The notes: generated by a model not told the origin, from the sequence alone. A stretch of 64,000 bases of DNA from Clostridia bacterium (GCA_017517745.1 JAFWYJ010000009.1:3467-67466); one strand, 5' to 3'. Counted from the stretch's first letter, positions 1 through 10,490 are shown. Numbers and translations are program-made.

Positions 1-1087
1 GGGGAGGTACAACGAAAATCCCTTTTTGTTTGAAACGCGATTGATTCACAAAATGGGTGTCGAGACTTATCACGGGTACAAAACGATCTGTTGGACCGAG
101 CGCTACCGTGACAGCGACGGCAGAACTCGCACGCGTACCAGAACCCAGACGCTCCACGCGACGGTGGTCAAGCCCAAGCCCTTCTACCATACGCAGGTGC
201 TTTTGAATTACTGCGCACAGGGCGCGCCAGATCTTTCCTTTACCCGCGATGCCACGCATTTGGAGCAGAAGAGCGAAAAGGAGATCGAGAAATACGTCAA
301 AAAGGGCGAGAAAAAGCTCAAAAAGAAGACCGACAAGGCACTGCGCGAAAACGATGATTTCGTGAGCATGTCCAACACCGACTTCGAGGTGCTGTTCGAC
401 GCGCTCGACCGCACGGACGAGGTGCAGTTCCGAACGCTTTTCACTCCCTTGGCACAGACCAACATGGTGGATCTGATCCGTTCGACGGTCGGCTATGGAG
501 ACGATTTCCATTTCATCAAGGAAAAGCGAACCAACCGCATCGTCGCGCAGCACAGTCAGGGAAGGGAGATCAATCTGACTCCGTCAGCTTATACATCCTA
601 CGCCTTTGACGTCATTCAAAACAATTTCATCACCAAAAATACCGCTTTTTTCAAAGCCGTGTATTTTGATTTTGCGCCGATCTGGGCAATTCCCGTTTAT
701 CAGGAACGCCCTGTGCATTCGCTTGATCCCATCCCCGACTACGCGCAGAAATATGCTTGCAAGGAATGTGAGGCGTTGGCGCACGCGGTCAGCCGCGAGC
801 ACGTGGTGCATCCGGCGACAAAGACACAGGCAATTCTGAAAGCCTCTTTCGTAGGTACTCAAAATGCGCTCGACGAAGTTTCGGTCGAGGCGTTTTCCTA
901 TGACATCGCCAAGCGACTTGACGTCGTTCCGATGCTCGGCGGGGACGGACGCATACACGGTGTTCCGGTTCCGTGGGACGATTATCTCCCGCTGACTGCC
1001 ACCAATCGCTTCTTCGTCGGCACGGAGGACGCCGTGGGCAAGGGAAGCGTTCTTGCACGGCGAAGCAATTTGTGTATCATTCATTAA
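1..1087 (+). CDS. hypothetical protein, probably 5'-truncated by the window edge
   Basis: Frame 2 is open from base 2, with no stop before the TTG at 26. The stop is at 1085-1087. The 353+ aa have coding-like composition. lemA follows 31 nt downstream with its own RBS. I recognise no named motif. Confidence 0.5.
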   Translation, partial: GRYNENPFLFETRLIHKMGVETYHGYKTICWTERYRDSDGRTRTRTRTQTLHATVVKPKPFYHTQVLLNYCAQGAPDLSFTRDATHLEQKSEKEIEKYVKKGEKKLKKKTDKALRENDDFVSMSNTDFEVLFDALDRTDEVQFRTLFTPLAQTNMVDLIRSTVGYGDDFHFIKEKRTNRIVAQHSQGREINLTPSAYTSYAFDVIQNNFITKNTAFFKAVYFDFAPIWAIPVYQERPVHSLDPIPDYAQKYACKECEALAHAVSREHVVHPATKTQAILKASFVGTQNALDEVSVEAFSYDIAKRLDVVPMLGGDGRIHGVPVPWDDYLPLTATNRFFVGTEDAVGKGSVLARRSNLCIIH

Positions 1088-1118
1088 AAAAGATCATTAC
1101 AGAAAAGGAGTAACAGAA

Positions 1119-1787
1119 ATGGCAAATCAATTGGACGAACTCAATCCCGAAATCAGAGAAGAAGGTCTGGACACCAACGTCATCGTCAAAAAGCTGCCCG
1201 CGGAGGTGGGCGTCGGCTCGAAAATTTTTGAGATTCTTTTGTGGGTATGCGGAATCATTCCCGGCGTGATCTTTCTGTTCATGAAGATCAGCGCGCAGAA
1301 GCATTTCGATCAGCTTCAACAGAAGATTCAGAGAAACGCGTCGCAGATCGACAACTATCTGGAGCAGCGCGTGATGGTTTTGCAGAACTGTGCGCGTTTG
1401 TTGGATAAGGCGATCGATCTGGACAAGAGTACCTTTGAAAACATCGCGAAATACAGATCCGGCAACGTGGCTGACTCCGACGAGGCGCGCAACGCGATCG
1501 GTGGTCAGATCGACACGATCTCCAAGAACATCAACATCGCCGTCGAGAACTATCCCGACCTTGCAGCGCACAGAGAAATTGCCGATGCGATGCAGCAGAA
1601 TATGTATCTGCAGAGAGAGATCACCGCGGCAAGAGAACTCTACAACGATACGGTCAACGAGTGGAACAAGGACATTTTTGCATGGCCCACGAAGAAGATC
1701 GTGGCGGCAAAGAACGGATATACCACCAGAATCCCGTTCGTCGCTTCCAAGGAGATCAAGGAAAAGGCAAAGGGCGTCTTCTTCTGA
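1119..1787 (+). CDS. lemA: LemA family protein
   Basis: ATG at 1119 is preceded by AAAGGAG (1104-1110). It has one N-terminal TM helix (IFEILLWVCGIIPGVIFLF). The C-terminal LemA-type motif is ELYNDTVNEWNKDIFAWPTKKIVA. Confidence 0.85.
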   Translation: MANQLDELNPEIREEGLDTNVIVKKLPAEVGVGSKIFEILLWVCGIIPGVIFLFMKISAQKHFDQLQQKIQRNASQIDNYLEQRVMVLQNCARLLDKAIDLDKSTFENIAKYRSGNVADSDEARNAIGGQIDTISKNINIAVENYPDLAAHREIADAMQQNMYLQREITAARELYNDTVNEWNKDIFAWPTKKIVAAKNGYTTRIPFVASKEIKEKAKGVFF

Positions 1788-1846
1788 GCCCGCAAGACAA
1801 AATGAAGAGGAGAGGATTTTTCAAAATCCTCTCCTTTCTTTTTTGA

Positions 1847-2125
1847 TTATTCATTGCCGAATTTCATGATTTCAATGGCAATTCTTGCACCCAGCCGAAA
1901 CGCATATACGAATATTTCGCGCTCGTTGATATCTGCCAATTCCGCATAACAGTCATCGAATTTTTCAAGCGTTTCTTTTTGCTCCTCCGTGAGCGTTTGG
2001 CGCAGATTGTCGTGGTGATCCGCAACGTATTTCATCAGTTCTTTGGTTTCTTTGGTTATCTTCCGAGATTCGGTGTTCAGACCAATGTTGCCGTACCATA
2101 TTTCTTCAAGTATGCTTCTCATCAT
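1847..2125 (-). CDS. small conserved hypothetical protein (92 aa), lower GC than neighbours
   Basis: Intact ORF MMRSILEEIWYGNIG...LTEEQKETLEKFDDCYAEL, helical and charged. An RBS (GGAGGA, as tcctcc on the + strand) lies just upstream of the start. It resembles small uncharacterised Firmicute proteins, and I cannot name the family with certainty. Confidence 0.5.
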   Translation of the reverse strand: MMRSILEEIWYGNIGLNTESRKITKETKELMKYVADHHDNLRQTLTEEQKETLEKFDDCYAELADINEREIFVYAFRLGARIAIEIMKFGNE

Positions 2126-2415
2126 AATCCTCCAATGTTATTTTTTAGATGTTTTTTTCGGTAAAGCAATTATATCACTTCTCTATTCGTTATGTTGAGT
2201 TTTATCTCAAAATGTGATATGCCTTTTGAAAAAAAGGTTCAGCCCTTTTTGATTTTTTTCAAAATTTGACAGAAAGATATTTTTTCTTCGAAAAAGGCAA
2301 GGAGTTCACATAAAGTTCATACAAATGGATTTTTTTTGTGGTATAATGAGCACAGAAATTCCGATTTCATTATGTAATAATGAAGACGGAACGTTTATCT
2401 TCATGGAGGTTTCAA

Positions 2416-3888
2416 ATGAAAGAGCTGAAAATGCTTGCCATCGACCTTGGCGCATCCAGCGGACGCGGCATTGTCGGTTGCTTTGACGGCGAAAAGATCA
2501 CCTTGCGTGAAAATCACCGTTTTTCCAATGATCCCGTGATCGTGAACGGCAGAATGTATTGGGACATTCTGCGGATTTTCCACGAGATCAAGCAGTCGAT
2601 CACCAAGACTGTGCTCGAGGGAGACGACGTTTCCACCATCGGCATTGATACGTGGGGCGTCGACTATGCGTTGCTTGACAAAAACGGCAGAATGCTTGCC
2701 AATCCCGTGCATTACCGCGACACCAGAACAGACGGCATCATCGAGGAGGTCGCCAAGTCGCTTCCGCTTTCCGAGCTTTATGCCAAGTGCGGATTGCAGT
2801 GCATCAAATTCAACACCATTTTCCAGCTCGCGGCAGACAAGGCGGATGATCCCGAAATTTTCGAGCGCGCTGACCGTATGCTGAACATTCCCGACCTGCT
2901 CAACTATTTCCTGACCGGAAACAAGGCGAACGAATATACCATTCTCTCGACCGGCGGATTCCTTGACGCGGTCACGCGTGATTACGCTTTTGAATTGACC
3001 GATAAACTCGGCATTCCGCGCTCGCTCTTCGGCAAGGTGGTGAAGCCCGGCAACCGCGTGGGCAAGCTTTTGCCGCAGGTGCTTGAGGAGACCGGAAAGA
3101 CCGATGCCGAGGTCATCAACGTGGCGTCTCACGATACCGCAAGTGCGGTTCTCGCCGTGCCGACGCAGGAGGATGATTTCATTTTCATCAGCAGCGGAAC
3201 CTGGTCCTTGATGGGAACCGAGCTCAAGCAGCCGCTCATCAACGATCTCTCCGAGAAGCTCAATTTCGCAAACGAGGGCGGTGTTGACGGCACGATCCGC
3301 TTCCTCAAGAACATCATGGGACTCTGGCTCATTCAAGAGTCCAGACGTCAGTGGAGACGCGAGGGTAACGAATACAGCTTCGCACAGATGGAAACGTGGG
3401 CGAAGGAAAGCAGACCCTTCCGCAGCTTCATCAATCCCGACGATGCTTCCTTCGCAACGCCCGGCAACATGCCCGAGCGCATCCGCGAATATTGCCGCCG
3501 CACCGGACAGCCGGTACCCGAGACCGTGGGCGAGGTCGTCAGATGTATCTACGAAAGCTTGGCTCTCAAGTACAGATATACCGTCGAGTCGATCAACCGC
3601 CTGATGGGCAAGGATGCAAAGGTCATTCACGTGGTCGGCGGAGGCACGAAGGATAAGTTCCTGTCTCAGATGACTGCCGATGCTTGCGGAATTCCCGTCG
3701 CGGCAGGACCCGAAGAGGCAACCGCCGTCGGAAACCTGATGATGCAGGCAATCGCTTGCGGTGCAGTTGCCGACGTCAAGGAGGCTCGCCGCATCATCGC
3801 CGCGTCCTTTGAACTCAAGAAGTATGAGCCCACTCCCGAAAGAACGGCTTGGGATGAGGCTTACGCCCGTTTTTGTGCATTAAACTGA
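2416..3888 (+). CDS. rhaB: rhamnulokinase-like FGGY carbohydrate kinase
   Basis: ATG at 2416 follows GGAGG (2405-2409). Motifs are AIDLGASSGRG, IGIDTWGVDYALLD, HYRDTRT, ASHDTASAV and GTWSLMG. The layout is collinear with E. coli RhaB. No rhaA or rhaD is adjacent. Confidence 0.8.
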   Translation: MKELKMLAIDLGASSGRGIVGCFDGEKITLRENHRFSNDPVIVNGRMYWDILRIFHEIKQSITKTVLEGDDVSTIGIDTWGVDYALLDKNGRMLANPVHYRDTRTDGIIEEVAKSLPLSELYAKCGLQCIKFNTIFQLAADKADDPEIFERADRMLNIPDLLNYFLTGNKANEYTILSTGGFLDAVTRDYAFELTDKLGIPRSLFGKVVKPGNRVGKLLPQVLEETGKTDAEVINVASHDTASAVLAVPTQEDDFIFISSGTWSLMGTELKQPLINDLSEKLNFANEGGVDGTIRFLKNIMGLWLIQESRRQWRREGNEYSFAQMETWAKESRPFRSFINPDDASFATPGNMPERIREYCRRTGQPVPETVGEVVRCIYESLALKYRYTVESINRLMGKDAKVIHVVGGGTKDKFLSQMTADACGIPVAAGPEEATAVGNLMMQAIACGAVADVKEARRIIAASFELKKYEPTPERTAWDEAYARFCALN

Positions 3889-3971
3889 CGAAAAATTACC
3901 CGTCGGGTCGGCATGGCGCAAGTTTTGCCGATAATTGGGGACTATAAAAAGAAAAATTTTGGAGGCTTATG

Positions 3972-5123
3972 ATGAAGGACAATCATTACGGAGAAATTGC
4001 GGTAATCGCGATGAGAGGCTGCGAACAGTTTACGGAGCAGGTCGATTACTATTTGAAGGATTGGCGCAAGCGCAGCGGAAACAATCAGACGTTTATTATT
4101 TCTGCCGATTGCCCCAGATTCGGTTCGGGTGAGGGTAAAGCGATCATTCACGAATCGATGAGAGGCAAGGATGTTTACATTATTTGCGACACCTTTAACT
4201 ACGGTGTTACTTACAAGATGTACGGCATGACCGTGCCGATGAGTCCCGACGATCACTTTGCCGATCTGAAGCGCGTGATCGCGGCGATCGGAGGCAAGGC
4301 TCGCAGAATCACGGTCATCATGCCCATGCTCTACGAGGGCAGACAGCACAAGCGTTCGGGCCGCGAGTCTCTGGACTGCGCGACGATGCTGCAGGAGCTG
4401 GTCTCGATGGGCGTTTCCAACATTCTCACCTTCGACGCACATGACTCCCGCATCTGCAACGCGATTCCGCTTGCAGGATTTGATAACGTCCGTCCCGCAT
4501 ACCAGATGATCAAGGCACTGGTTCGCGCCGTTCCCGACGTGCAGATCGACAAGGATCACATGGCAATCATTTCTCCCGATGAGGGCGCAATGGGCCGTTG
4601 CATGTATTACAGCTCGGTTCTCGGTCTTGACATCGGTATGTTCTACAAGAGAAGAAACTATTCGATCGTCATCAACGGCAAGAATCCCATCGAGGCACAC
4701 GAATATCTCGGTCAGGATTTGCACGGCAAGGATGCGATCGTTGTTGACGACATGATCTCTTCCGGCGAATCCATGCTCGACGTGTGCAAGCAGCTCAAGG
4801 AAAAGGGCGCCAACCGCGTCTTCTGCTTCGCAACCTTCGCGCTCTTCACCGATGGCTTCGACAAGTTTGATGCGGCATTCCGCGAGGGCGTTCTCGACCG
4901 TGTGCTGTCCACAAACCTCATCTACCGTCGTCCCGAGCTCCTCAAGAAGCCTTGGTTCGTCGAGGTCAACATGTGCAAGTACGTGGCATATCTGATCGAT
5001 ACGCTCAACGATGACGATACCATCAGCTCGCTCCTCAATCCCGTCAAGAGAATTCAGGCTTTGATGGACAAGCACCGCAGTGAGCTTGCATCGCAGATGA
5101 AAATGAACTTTGACGAGAAATAA
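3972..5123 (+). CDS. prs: ribose-phosphate pyrophosphokinase (long form)
   Basis: PRPP-binding loop AIVVDDMISSGES, plus RITVIMPMLYEGRQHKR and ILTFDAHD. The start is ambiguous between ATG 3969 and 3972. I prefer 3972 for its spacing to GGAGG at 3961-3965. Confidence 0.8.
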   Translation: MKDNHYGEIAVIAMRGCEQFTEQVDYYLKDWRKRSGNNQTFIISADCPRFGSGEGKAIIHESMRGKDVYIICDTFNYGVTYKMYGMTVPMSPDDHFADLKRVIAAIGGKARRITVIMPMLYEGRQHKRSGRESLDCATMLQELVSMGVSNILTFDAHDSRICNAIPLAGFDNVRPAYQMIKALVRAVPDVQIDKDHMAIISPDEGAMGRCMYYSSVLGLDIGMFYKRRNYSIVINGKNPIEAHEYLGQDLHGKDAIVVDDMISSGESMLDVCKQLKEKGANRVFCFATFALFTDGFDKFDAAFREGVLDRVLSTNLIYRRPELLKKPWFVEVNMCKYVAYLIDTLNDDDTISSLLNPVKRIQALMDKHRSELASQMKMNFDEK

Positions 5124-5295
5124 GCTCCTGTTTTAAAAGATTTCAACCAAATGCTCCCGAATCGGGAAAACCGTTGCAAAAAGCGTTTGCATTCGATTTT
5201 TTCGAGAAGGGAGCATTTTTTGGATTTCAAAACCTTGGCATGACCGAAAAGAGAGAGAAAAAAAACTCTTTTTCGGCTTTTTCTCTGAGAAACGG

Positions 5296-5324
5296 TTGCA
5301 TTTTTTCAGAATATGTGTTAAAAT
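5296..5324 (+). promoter_or_regulatory. sigma-A-like promoter for the glycan operon
   Basis: TTGCAT (5296-5301), 17-nt spacer, TAAAAT (5319-5324), with TG two nt upstream of the -10. Confidence 0.5.
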
Positions 5325-5408
5325 AATATAAGCTATGCTTATCGATAAAAATCCAGATGATTTCAAAAAACAGATAGAAAGAAAACAAGCGAGAGGGGAA
5401 TCAAGGAA

Positions 5409-6878
5409 ATGCAAGAAAATAAAAGTTATCTACTTTCCGGATTGGAAAAAATCATTGATTTTGTGATCAATTTTATCATTGCATATCTCTTCCTTTGGGT
5501 TGCGAAGATTTTGTATCCGCAACAGATCACGGTCAAAAACGTGCGGATGTTTCTCATCATTTGCGTGCTCTGCCTGGTGACGCTGTTTTTCTACAATTAC
5601 TACCATGCCTATCTTCCCATGCGTACGCGCAAGCCGATCTTTTTCATCAGCCGTATTTTCTTTGTGAATCTCGCGGTTTTCGGCGTTTCAACGGCGGTGG
5701 TGGTGATTTTGCCGCAGGTTGAGGTTCGCCCCGCGCTGACCTGGCTCGCTTTGACGATGGGCGTCAGTTTTCTCGTTCTGTGCGCGAAAAAGCTTGCCAT
5801 GATCTCTGCTCTCTATAATTTGCGCACCAACCGACGTAACATCAAGTATATTTTGCTTGTGACCGACAGCCAGGAAATGGCGGATGCCTATATGGAGGAG
5901 ATCCTTGAGAACCCGCATTTCGGTTATTCCGTGATCGGCTACGTCGGAAATCTCAACGTCATCGGACTTCCGCATCTCGGCACAACGGGCGATCTTGACC
6001 GTATTCTCAAGGAATACCGTCCGGATGAGGTGGTTTTGGCGTTTGATACCGTCAGAAAAAAGCTGATCTCCAAGTATATCACCATTTGCAACAACAACTG
6101 TGCCAAGATCATGGTCGTTCCCGCCGTCTGCGGCTATTTCCGTTCCCCCCGACAGGTCACCGAGCTTGGAAATCTGCCAATCATTGACATTCGAAGCACG
6201 CCTTTGGACAGTGCGGCAAATCAATTTTCCAAGCGGCTTTTGGATATCGTCGGCTCGCTCATTTTGATCATTGTCACCTCGCCTTTGATGCTGATAACGG
6301 CAATCGGCGTGAAGCTGTCTTCTCCCGGACCGATCCTGTTCCGTCAAACGCGTGTGGGGAAGAACAACCGTGAATTCACGATGTATAAGTTTCGCTCCAT
6401 GCGTGTCAATGACTCCGAGCAGACCGGATGGTCGACCGAGGAGGATCCGCGAAAGACGCGATTCGGCGCGTTTATTCGCAAGTTTGCGCTCGACGAGCTT
6501 CCGCAGTTTTTCAACGTGCTCAAAGGAGATATGAGTCTGGTGGGACCTCGCCCCGAGGTGCCGTTTTACGTCGAAAAATTCAGAAAAGAAGTTCCGTTGT
6601 ATATGCTCAAGCACACCCTGCGTCCCGGCATCACGGGACTTGCGCAGATCAAAGGCTTGCGCGGAGATACCTCGATCCAGGCGCGCATTGACGAGGACAT
6701 CAGCTATATTGAAAACTGGAGCTTCTGGGGCGATATTCGCATCCTTCTTTTGACACCGTTCTGCGCGGTCAATCGTCACGAGAAATATGCCGAGCAGGAT
6801 GCAAAGCAAAAACAGAAAGAAGAACGCCGCGGCTCGCGTCCGCAAACCAAGGAGGAGCACGATGACGAAGAGATCTAA
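5409..6878 (+). CDS. polyprenyl-phosphate sugar phosphotransferase (WbaP/EpsB-type priming glycosyltransferase)
   Basis: Multi-TM N-terminus. The C-terminal bacterial sugar-transferase domain reads [22 protein letters not shown]...[24 protein letters not shown]...[22 protein letters not shown]. Confidence 0.85.
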   Translation: MQENKSYLLSGLEKIIDFVINFIIAYLFLWVAKILYPQQITVKNVRMFLIICVLCLVTLFFYNYYHAYLPMRTRKPIFFISRIFFVNLAVFGVSTAVVVILPQVEVRPALTWLALTMGVSFLVLCAKKLAMISALYNLRTNRRNIKYILLVTDSQEMADAYMEEILENPHFGYSVIGYVGNLNVIGLPHLGTTGDLDRILKEYRPDEVVLAFDTVRKKLISKYITICNNNCAKIMVVPAVCGYFRSPRQVTELGNLPIIDIRSTPLDSAANQFSKRLLDIVGSLILIIVTSPLMLITAIGVKLSSPGPILFRQTRVGKNNREFTMYKFRSMRVNDSEQTGWSTEEDPRKTRFGAFIRKFALDELPQFFNVLKGDMSLVGPRPEVPFYVEKFRKEVPLYMLKHTLRPGITGLAQIKGLRGDTSIQARIDEDISYIENWSFWGDIRILLLTPFCAVNRHEKYAEQDAKQKQKEERRGSRPQTKEEHDDEEI

Positions 6879-7962
6879 GTTGCTCTACGTCGCCTCCACA
6901 GCATCTCATTTGAAGCGGTTTCACACGCCTTATCTCGAGGCACTCGCAAAGGATGCCGAGGTGCGGACGATGGCAACGGGGGAGAGCGTTGATTTTTCCA
7001 TTCCGTTTGACAAGCATTTTTTCAGCGTTTCCAACCTTTTGAATATTTTCAGGATCCGAAAAATTTTGAAGCGCGAGCGCTTTGATTCGGTGGTGCTCAA
7101 CACCACGCTTGCCGCTTTTTTGGTGCGGTGTGCCATGATCGGGATGCGCCGCCGACCTTACGTACTCAACGTGGTGCATGGTTATCTCTTTTCCAAGAAA
7201 CCGCGCGGACTGAAGGATCGCGTGATGCTTTGGTGCGAAAAGTTTTTGTGGCGAAAGACCGATGAGATCGCCGTGATGAATGCCGAGGATCTTGAGATCG
7301 CTCGCGAAAAACGTCTGTGCCGCGGAAGGGTTACCTTTATGCACGGTATGGGTGTGGACGGTTTTTCGGAAATTCCCGTTCCGGACGCGGATTTGCGCGC
7401 AAAATTTGCGGAGAAGGACGAGCTCCTTTGCATTTTCGTGGGAGAATTGAGTGCGCGAAAAAACCAGATCTTTTTGATTCGCGCCCTCAAACGCCTGCGC
7501 GACGCGGGAATTCCCGCCAAGCTGTTGCTGGTCGGCGAGGGTGCCGAGCGAAAAAAATTTGAAAAGGAAATTTCGAGACTTTCGCTGGAAAATGCCGTGT
7601 TTTTGACGGGAAATTGCGAGCCTGTGACGCCTTATCTTGCCATTTCCGATCTTTACGTTTCCGCAAGCCGCTCCGAGGGGCTTCCGTTTAATATCATGGA
7701 GGCAATGGCGTGCGGATTGCCGATCTTGGCGTCGGCAACCAAGGGGCAGACCGATCTTTTGGAAAAAACCGAGGCGCGTCTGTATCCGCTTGATGACGCG
7801 GATGCCTTTTGTTCTGCTCTGCATGAAGCGGTCGCACCCAAGGATCTCGGTGTCGCCGCATGTACCTATCCTTCTTTGGAAACATATCGCTTATCCGCGG
7901 TATTCGACGAAAACAAGAAGCTGCTTTCTGCTTCTCTCGATCAGGAAAGGAATCGCTCATGA
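6862..7962 (+). CDS. glycosyltransferase family 4 (GT-B fold)
   Basis: ATG at 6862 follows AAGGAGG (6849-6855) and overlaps the upstream stop. The N-terminus [13 protein letters not shown] is typical. The C-terminal motif is SRSEGLPFNIMEAMACGLPILAS. Confidence 0.8.
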   Translation: MTKRSKLLYVASTASHLKRFHTPYLEALAKDAEVRTMATGESVDFSIPFDKHFFSVSNLLNIFRIRKILKRERFDSVVLNTTLAAFLVRCAMIGMRRRPYVLNVVHGYLFSKKPRGLKDRVMLWCEKFLWRKTDEIAVMNAEDLEIAREKRLCRGRVTFMHGMGVDGFSEIPVPDADLRAKFAEKDELLCIFVGELSARKNQIFLIRALKRLRDAGIPAKLLLVGEGAERKKFEKEISRLSLENAVFLTGNCEPVTPYLAISDLYVSASRSEGLPFNIMEAMACGLPILASATKGQTDLLEKTEARLYPLDDADAFCSALHEAVAPKDLGVAACTYPSLETYRLSAVFDENKKLLSASLDQERNRS

Positions 7963-9326
7963 CCGATTGCAAATCCTTATTTCGCAGCTTTTACGGCGGC
8001 GTTTATTATCCGATCTTGGTGATCTGTCTGGCATTTTTGGGACACTTCACGGGCTTTGATTTTGCTTTCATTGCGCTGATCCTGCTCTCCCTTGTTCCCG
8101 CGTTTTGGCTCTGTGAGGATGCTCGATTTGCGGTCATGCCGATTCTGAGCGTGGTTTTTACGGTTTCGGTCAAGGATTACAAATCCTACGATACGGGCTA
8201 CGAACGCTTTTTGAATCCAGAGGTGCTGATTCTTTTTGCGATGGTTGCGCTTTTGTTGATTCCTTCGCTGGTTTTATTTTTGGTGCGCCGCCGAAAGGAA
8301 TGCAACCGACTTTCTCCGACGGGGATCTGGCGCGGTTGCGCCTTGCTGGGAGCGAGTATGCTCTTCAGTGGGGCATTCAGTGCCAATTATGATTGGAAAA
8401 ATCCGCTTTTTGCAGTGCTGTTTTCGGTGGCGTTGCTCGCGGTCTACTTTTTGTTTGCTTTCTATATGCGCCATGATCGCTCGGCGGTAGATTACATGAT
8501 GTACTGCTTTTTGTTGGCGGGGATTTTGATCTGCGCGGAGCTGATCGCGGCGTATTTCACCAACGTTCGGTTCGTTGACGGGGAGATCGACAAGGGAAGC
8601 GTTGTGCTCGGATGGGGCATTTGGACGGCGATCGGCGGTATGCTTGCCTTTTTGATGCCTGCATGTTTCTATTTTGCCGCTTCTCACAAGCGCGGTTGGA
8701 TCGCATTCGGAATCGGACTTTTGGAATTTGTCTGCATTTTTCTCTCGCAAAGCCGCGGCGCTCTGCTCATTGGAGCGTTGGACTTTGGGCTGTGTATGCT
8801 CTATCTTTTGTTCAAAGGAAAGAACCGCAAACAAAACCGCATTTTCATTCTGTCCTTGGCTGTGGTTGGCGCGGTTGGATGCATTTTTCTTCGGGACAAA
8901 ATATTCACCGTTTTGCAAAATTTCCAAAGCATGGGACTTGCCGACAACGGCAGATTTGAGATCTGGAACATCGGATGGCGGAATTTTCTCAAATATCCCG
9001 TGTTTGGATCGGGTTTTTATGATTCTTTTGTCGATCCCGCCTTTGAACATTCGATTGATCCGTATTTGTATCACAACACCGTCATTCAGATGCTCGGTGC
9101 CTGCGGCTTGGTCGGCTTCTGTGCCTATTTTTATCACCGTTTGCAGACCGTTCGTTTGGTTTGCAAAAAGCCGAATCCCTGCAAGATCTTTTTGGGGATC
9201 GCGCTGTTGAGCTTTTTGCTGTTCAATTTGCTGGACGTGTTGTTTTTCAAGTTTTATCCGAGCTTTTTCTACGCGCTCATGCTGCTATGCATGGAAAAAA
9301 GCGAGATTTCGTCTGAAAAAACCTAA
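7959..9326 (+). CDS. O-antigen ligase / Wzy-like polymerase family membrane protein
   Basis: ATGA start/stop overlap with the GT4 gene. The protein is polytopic, with a Wzy_C-type loop FLSQSRGALLIGAL. Confidence 0.7.
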   Translation: MTDCKSLFRSFYGGVYYPILVICLAFLGHFTGFDFAFIALILLSLVPAFWLCEDARFAVMPILSVVFTVSVKDYKSYDTGYERFLNPEVLILFAMVALLLIPSLVLFLVRRRKECNRLSPTGIWRGCALLGASMLFSGAFSANYDWKNPLFAVLFSVALLAVYFLFAFYMRHDRSAVDYMMYCFLLAGILICAELIAAYFTNVRFVDGEIDKGSVVLGWGIWTAIGGMLAFLMPACFYFAASHKRGWIAFGIGLLEFVCIFLSQSRGALLIGALDFGLCMLYLLFKGKNRKQNRIFILSLAVVGAVGCIFLRDKIFTVLQNFQSMGLADNGRFEIWNIGWRNFLKYPVFGSGFYDSFVDPAFEHSIDPYLYHNTVIQMLGACGLVGFCAYFYHRLQTVRLVCKKPNPCKIFLGIALLSFLLFNLLDVLFFKFYPSFFYALMLLCMEKSEISSEKT

Positions 9327-9342
9327 AAAGGAGATTGATATT

Positions 9343-10398
9343 ATGGACATTTCAAAGATCGACCGCAATTTTGCGCTTCCGGGACAGATCGAGCGCGACG
9401 ACGTGGTTTGGTATGATGCCGCAGAAGCCCCGTTCGTCATTTACGGCGCAACACAGACCAATCCCTACGCGCGCATGCCCAAGGAGATAGCGGAAAAGGT
9501 CAACGCGGGCGTCGCGCAGCTCTATGCAAACACTGCGGGTGTGCGCGCACGCTTTTGCACCGATTCTCCCTTCGTTGCCATTCGCGCCGAGTGGGACGCT
9601 TGGACGAAATTTGCTCACATGACGGCCGTGGGCGTCTGCGGCTTCGATCTGTATGCGGTTTGTGACGCCACGCATTGCCAAAGATATCTGCACACCTTCA
9701 TGCCATCCTCGTCTGGCAGTCAGAACGGCTTTGAGGGCTTGATGCCGGTCAAGGGCGAAATGAGCGATTACGTGCTGAATTTCCCGCTTTATAACAACGT
9801 CGACAAGCTTTATATCGGGGTGAAAGAGGGAAGTCGCTTTGAAGCCCCGATGGAATATTCCAATTCCTTACCTGCCGTGTTCTACGGCTCGTCGATCACG
9901 CAGGGCGGATGCGCCTCGCGCCCGGGTAATTGCTATCAAAACCATCTTTCTCGCGCCTTTGACATCGACTACGTCAACCTCGGCTTTTCGGGAAGCGGTC
10001 GCGGCGAGGATACGATCATCGAATATCTCGCGGGCTTGGAAATGTCGGCGTTCGTCTCGGATTACGATCACAACTCACCCTCTCCCGAGCATTTGGAACA
10101 AACGCACGAAAAGCTCTATCGCGCCGTGCGTGAAAAGCATCCCGACGTGCCGTACATCATGCTTTCGCGTCCCGACTACAGAGGCCGCGAGGAGGACGAT
10201 CGACGCCGCGCAGTGATCATGAAAACCTATCAAAATGCGATCGCAGCAGGAGATCGGAACGTCTATTTCGTTGACGGAGCTTCGATCTTCGCGGGAGATG
10301 CCTCGGACGCCTGCACGGTGGACGGAACACACCCCAACGATCTCGGATTTTACCGTTTCTTCAAGGCGCTGCAGCCGATTTTTGAGAAAATTTATTAA
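9343..10398 (+). CDS. SGNH/GDSL-family hydrolase
   Basis: Block I is FYGSSITQGGCAS, block III is GFSGSGRGE, and block V is DGTHPNDLGF. It is the last gene of the glycan operon. Confidence 0.75.
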   Translation: MDISKIDRNFALPGQIERDDVVWYDAAEAPFVIYGATQTNPYARMPKEIAEKVNAGVAQLYANTAGVRARFCTDSPFVAIRAEWDAWTKFAHMTAVGVCGFDLYAVCDATHCQRYLHTFMPSSSGSQNGFEGLMPVKGEMSDYVLNFPLYNNVDKLYIGVKEGSRFEAPMEYSNSLPAVFYGSSITQGGCASRPGNCYQNHLSRAFDIDYVNLGFSGSGRGEDTIIEYLAGLEMSAFVSDYDHNSPSPEHLEQTHEKLYRAVREKHPDVPYIMLSRPDYRGREEDDRRRAVIMKTYQNAIAAGDRNVYFVDGASIFAGDASDACTVDGTHPNDLGFYRFFKALQPIFEKIY

Positions 10399-10454
10399 AA
10401 AAAGTCCCTCTCAAGGGGTGACTTCCATAAAGCAGATTTACCTGCCGAAAAACA

Positions 10455-10490
10455 AAAAGGAGTACGGACGATTTGTTCGTACTCCTTTTC
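10455..10490 (+). terminator. rho-independent terminator of the glycan operon
   Basis: Stem GGAGTACG / CGTACTCC with an 11-nt loop, followed by TTTT. Confidence 0.6.

Noticed and set aside
112-150. RTRTRTRT dipeptide repeat near the start of the first ORF as a possible tandem DNA repeat
   Set aside because: The underlying codons are not a clean nucleotide repeat (cgc acg cgt acc aga acc). It is a short low-complexity patch inside an otherwise normal coding frame.
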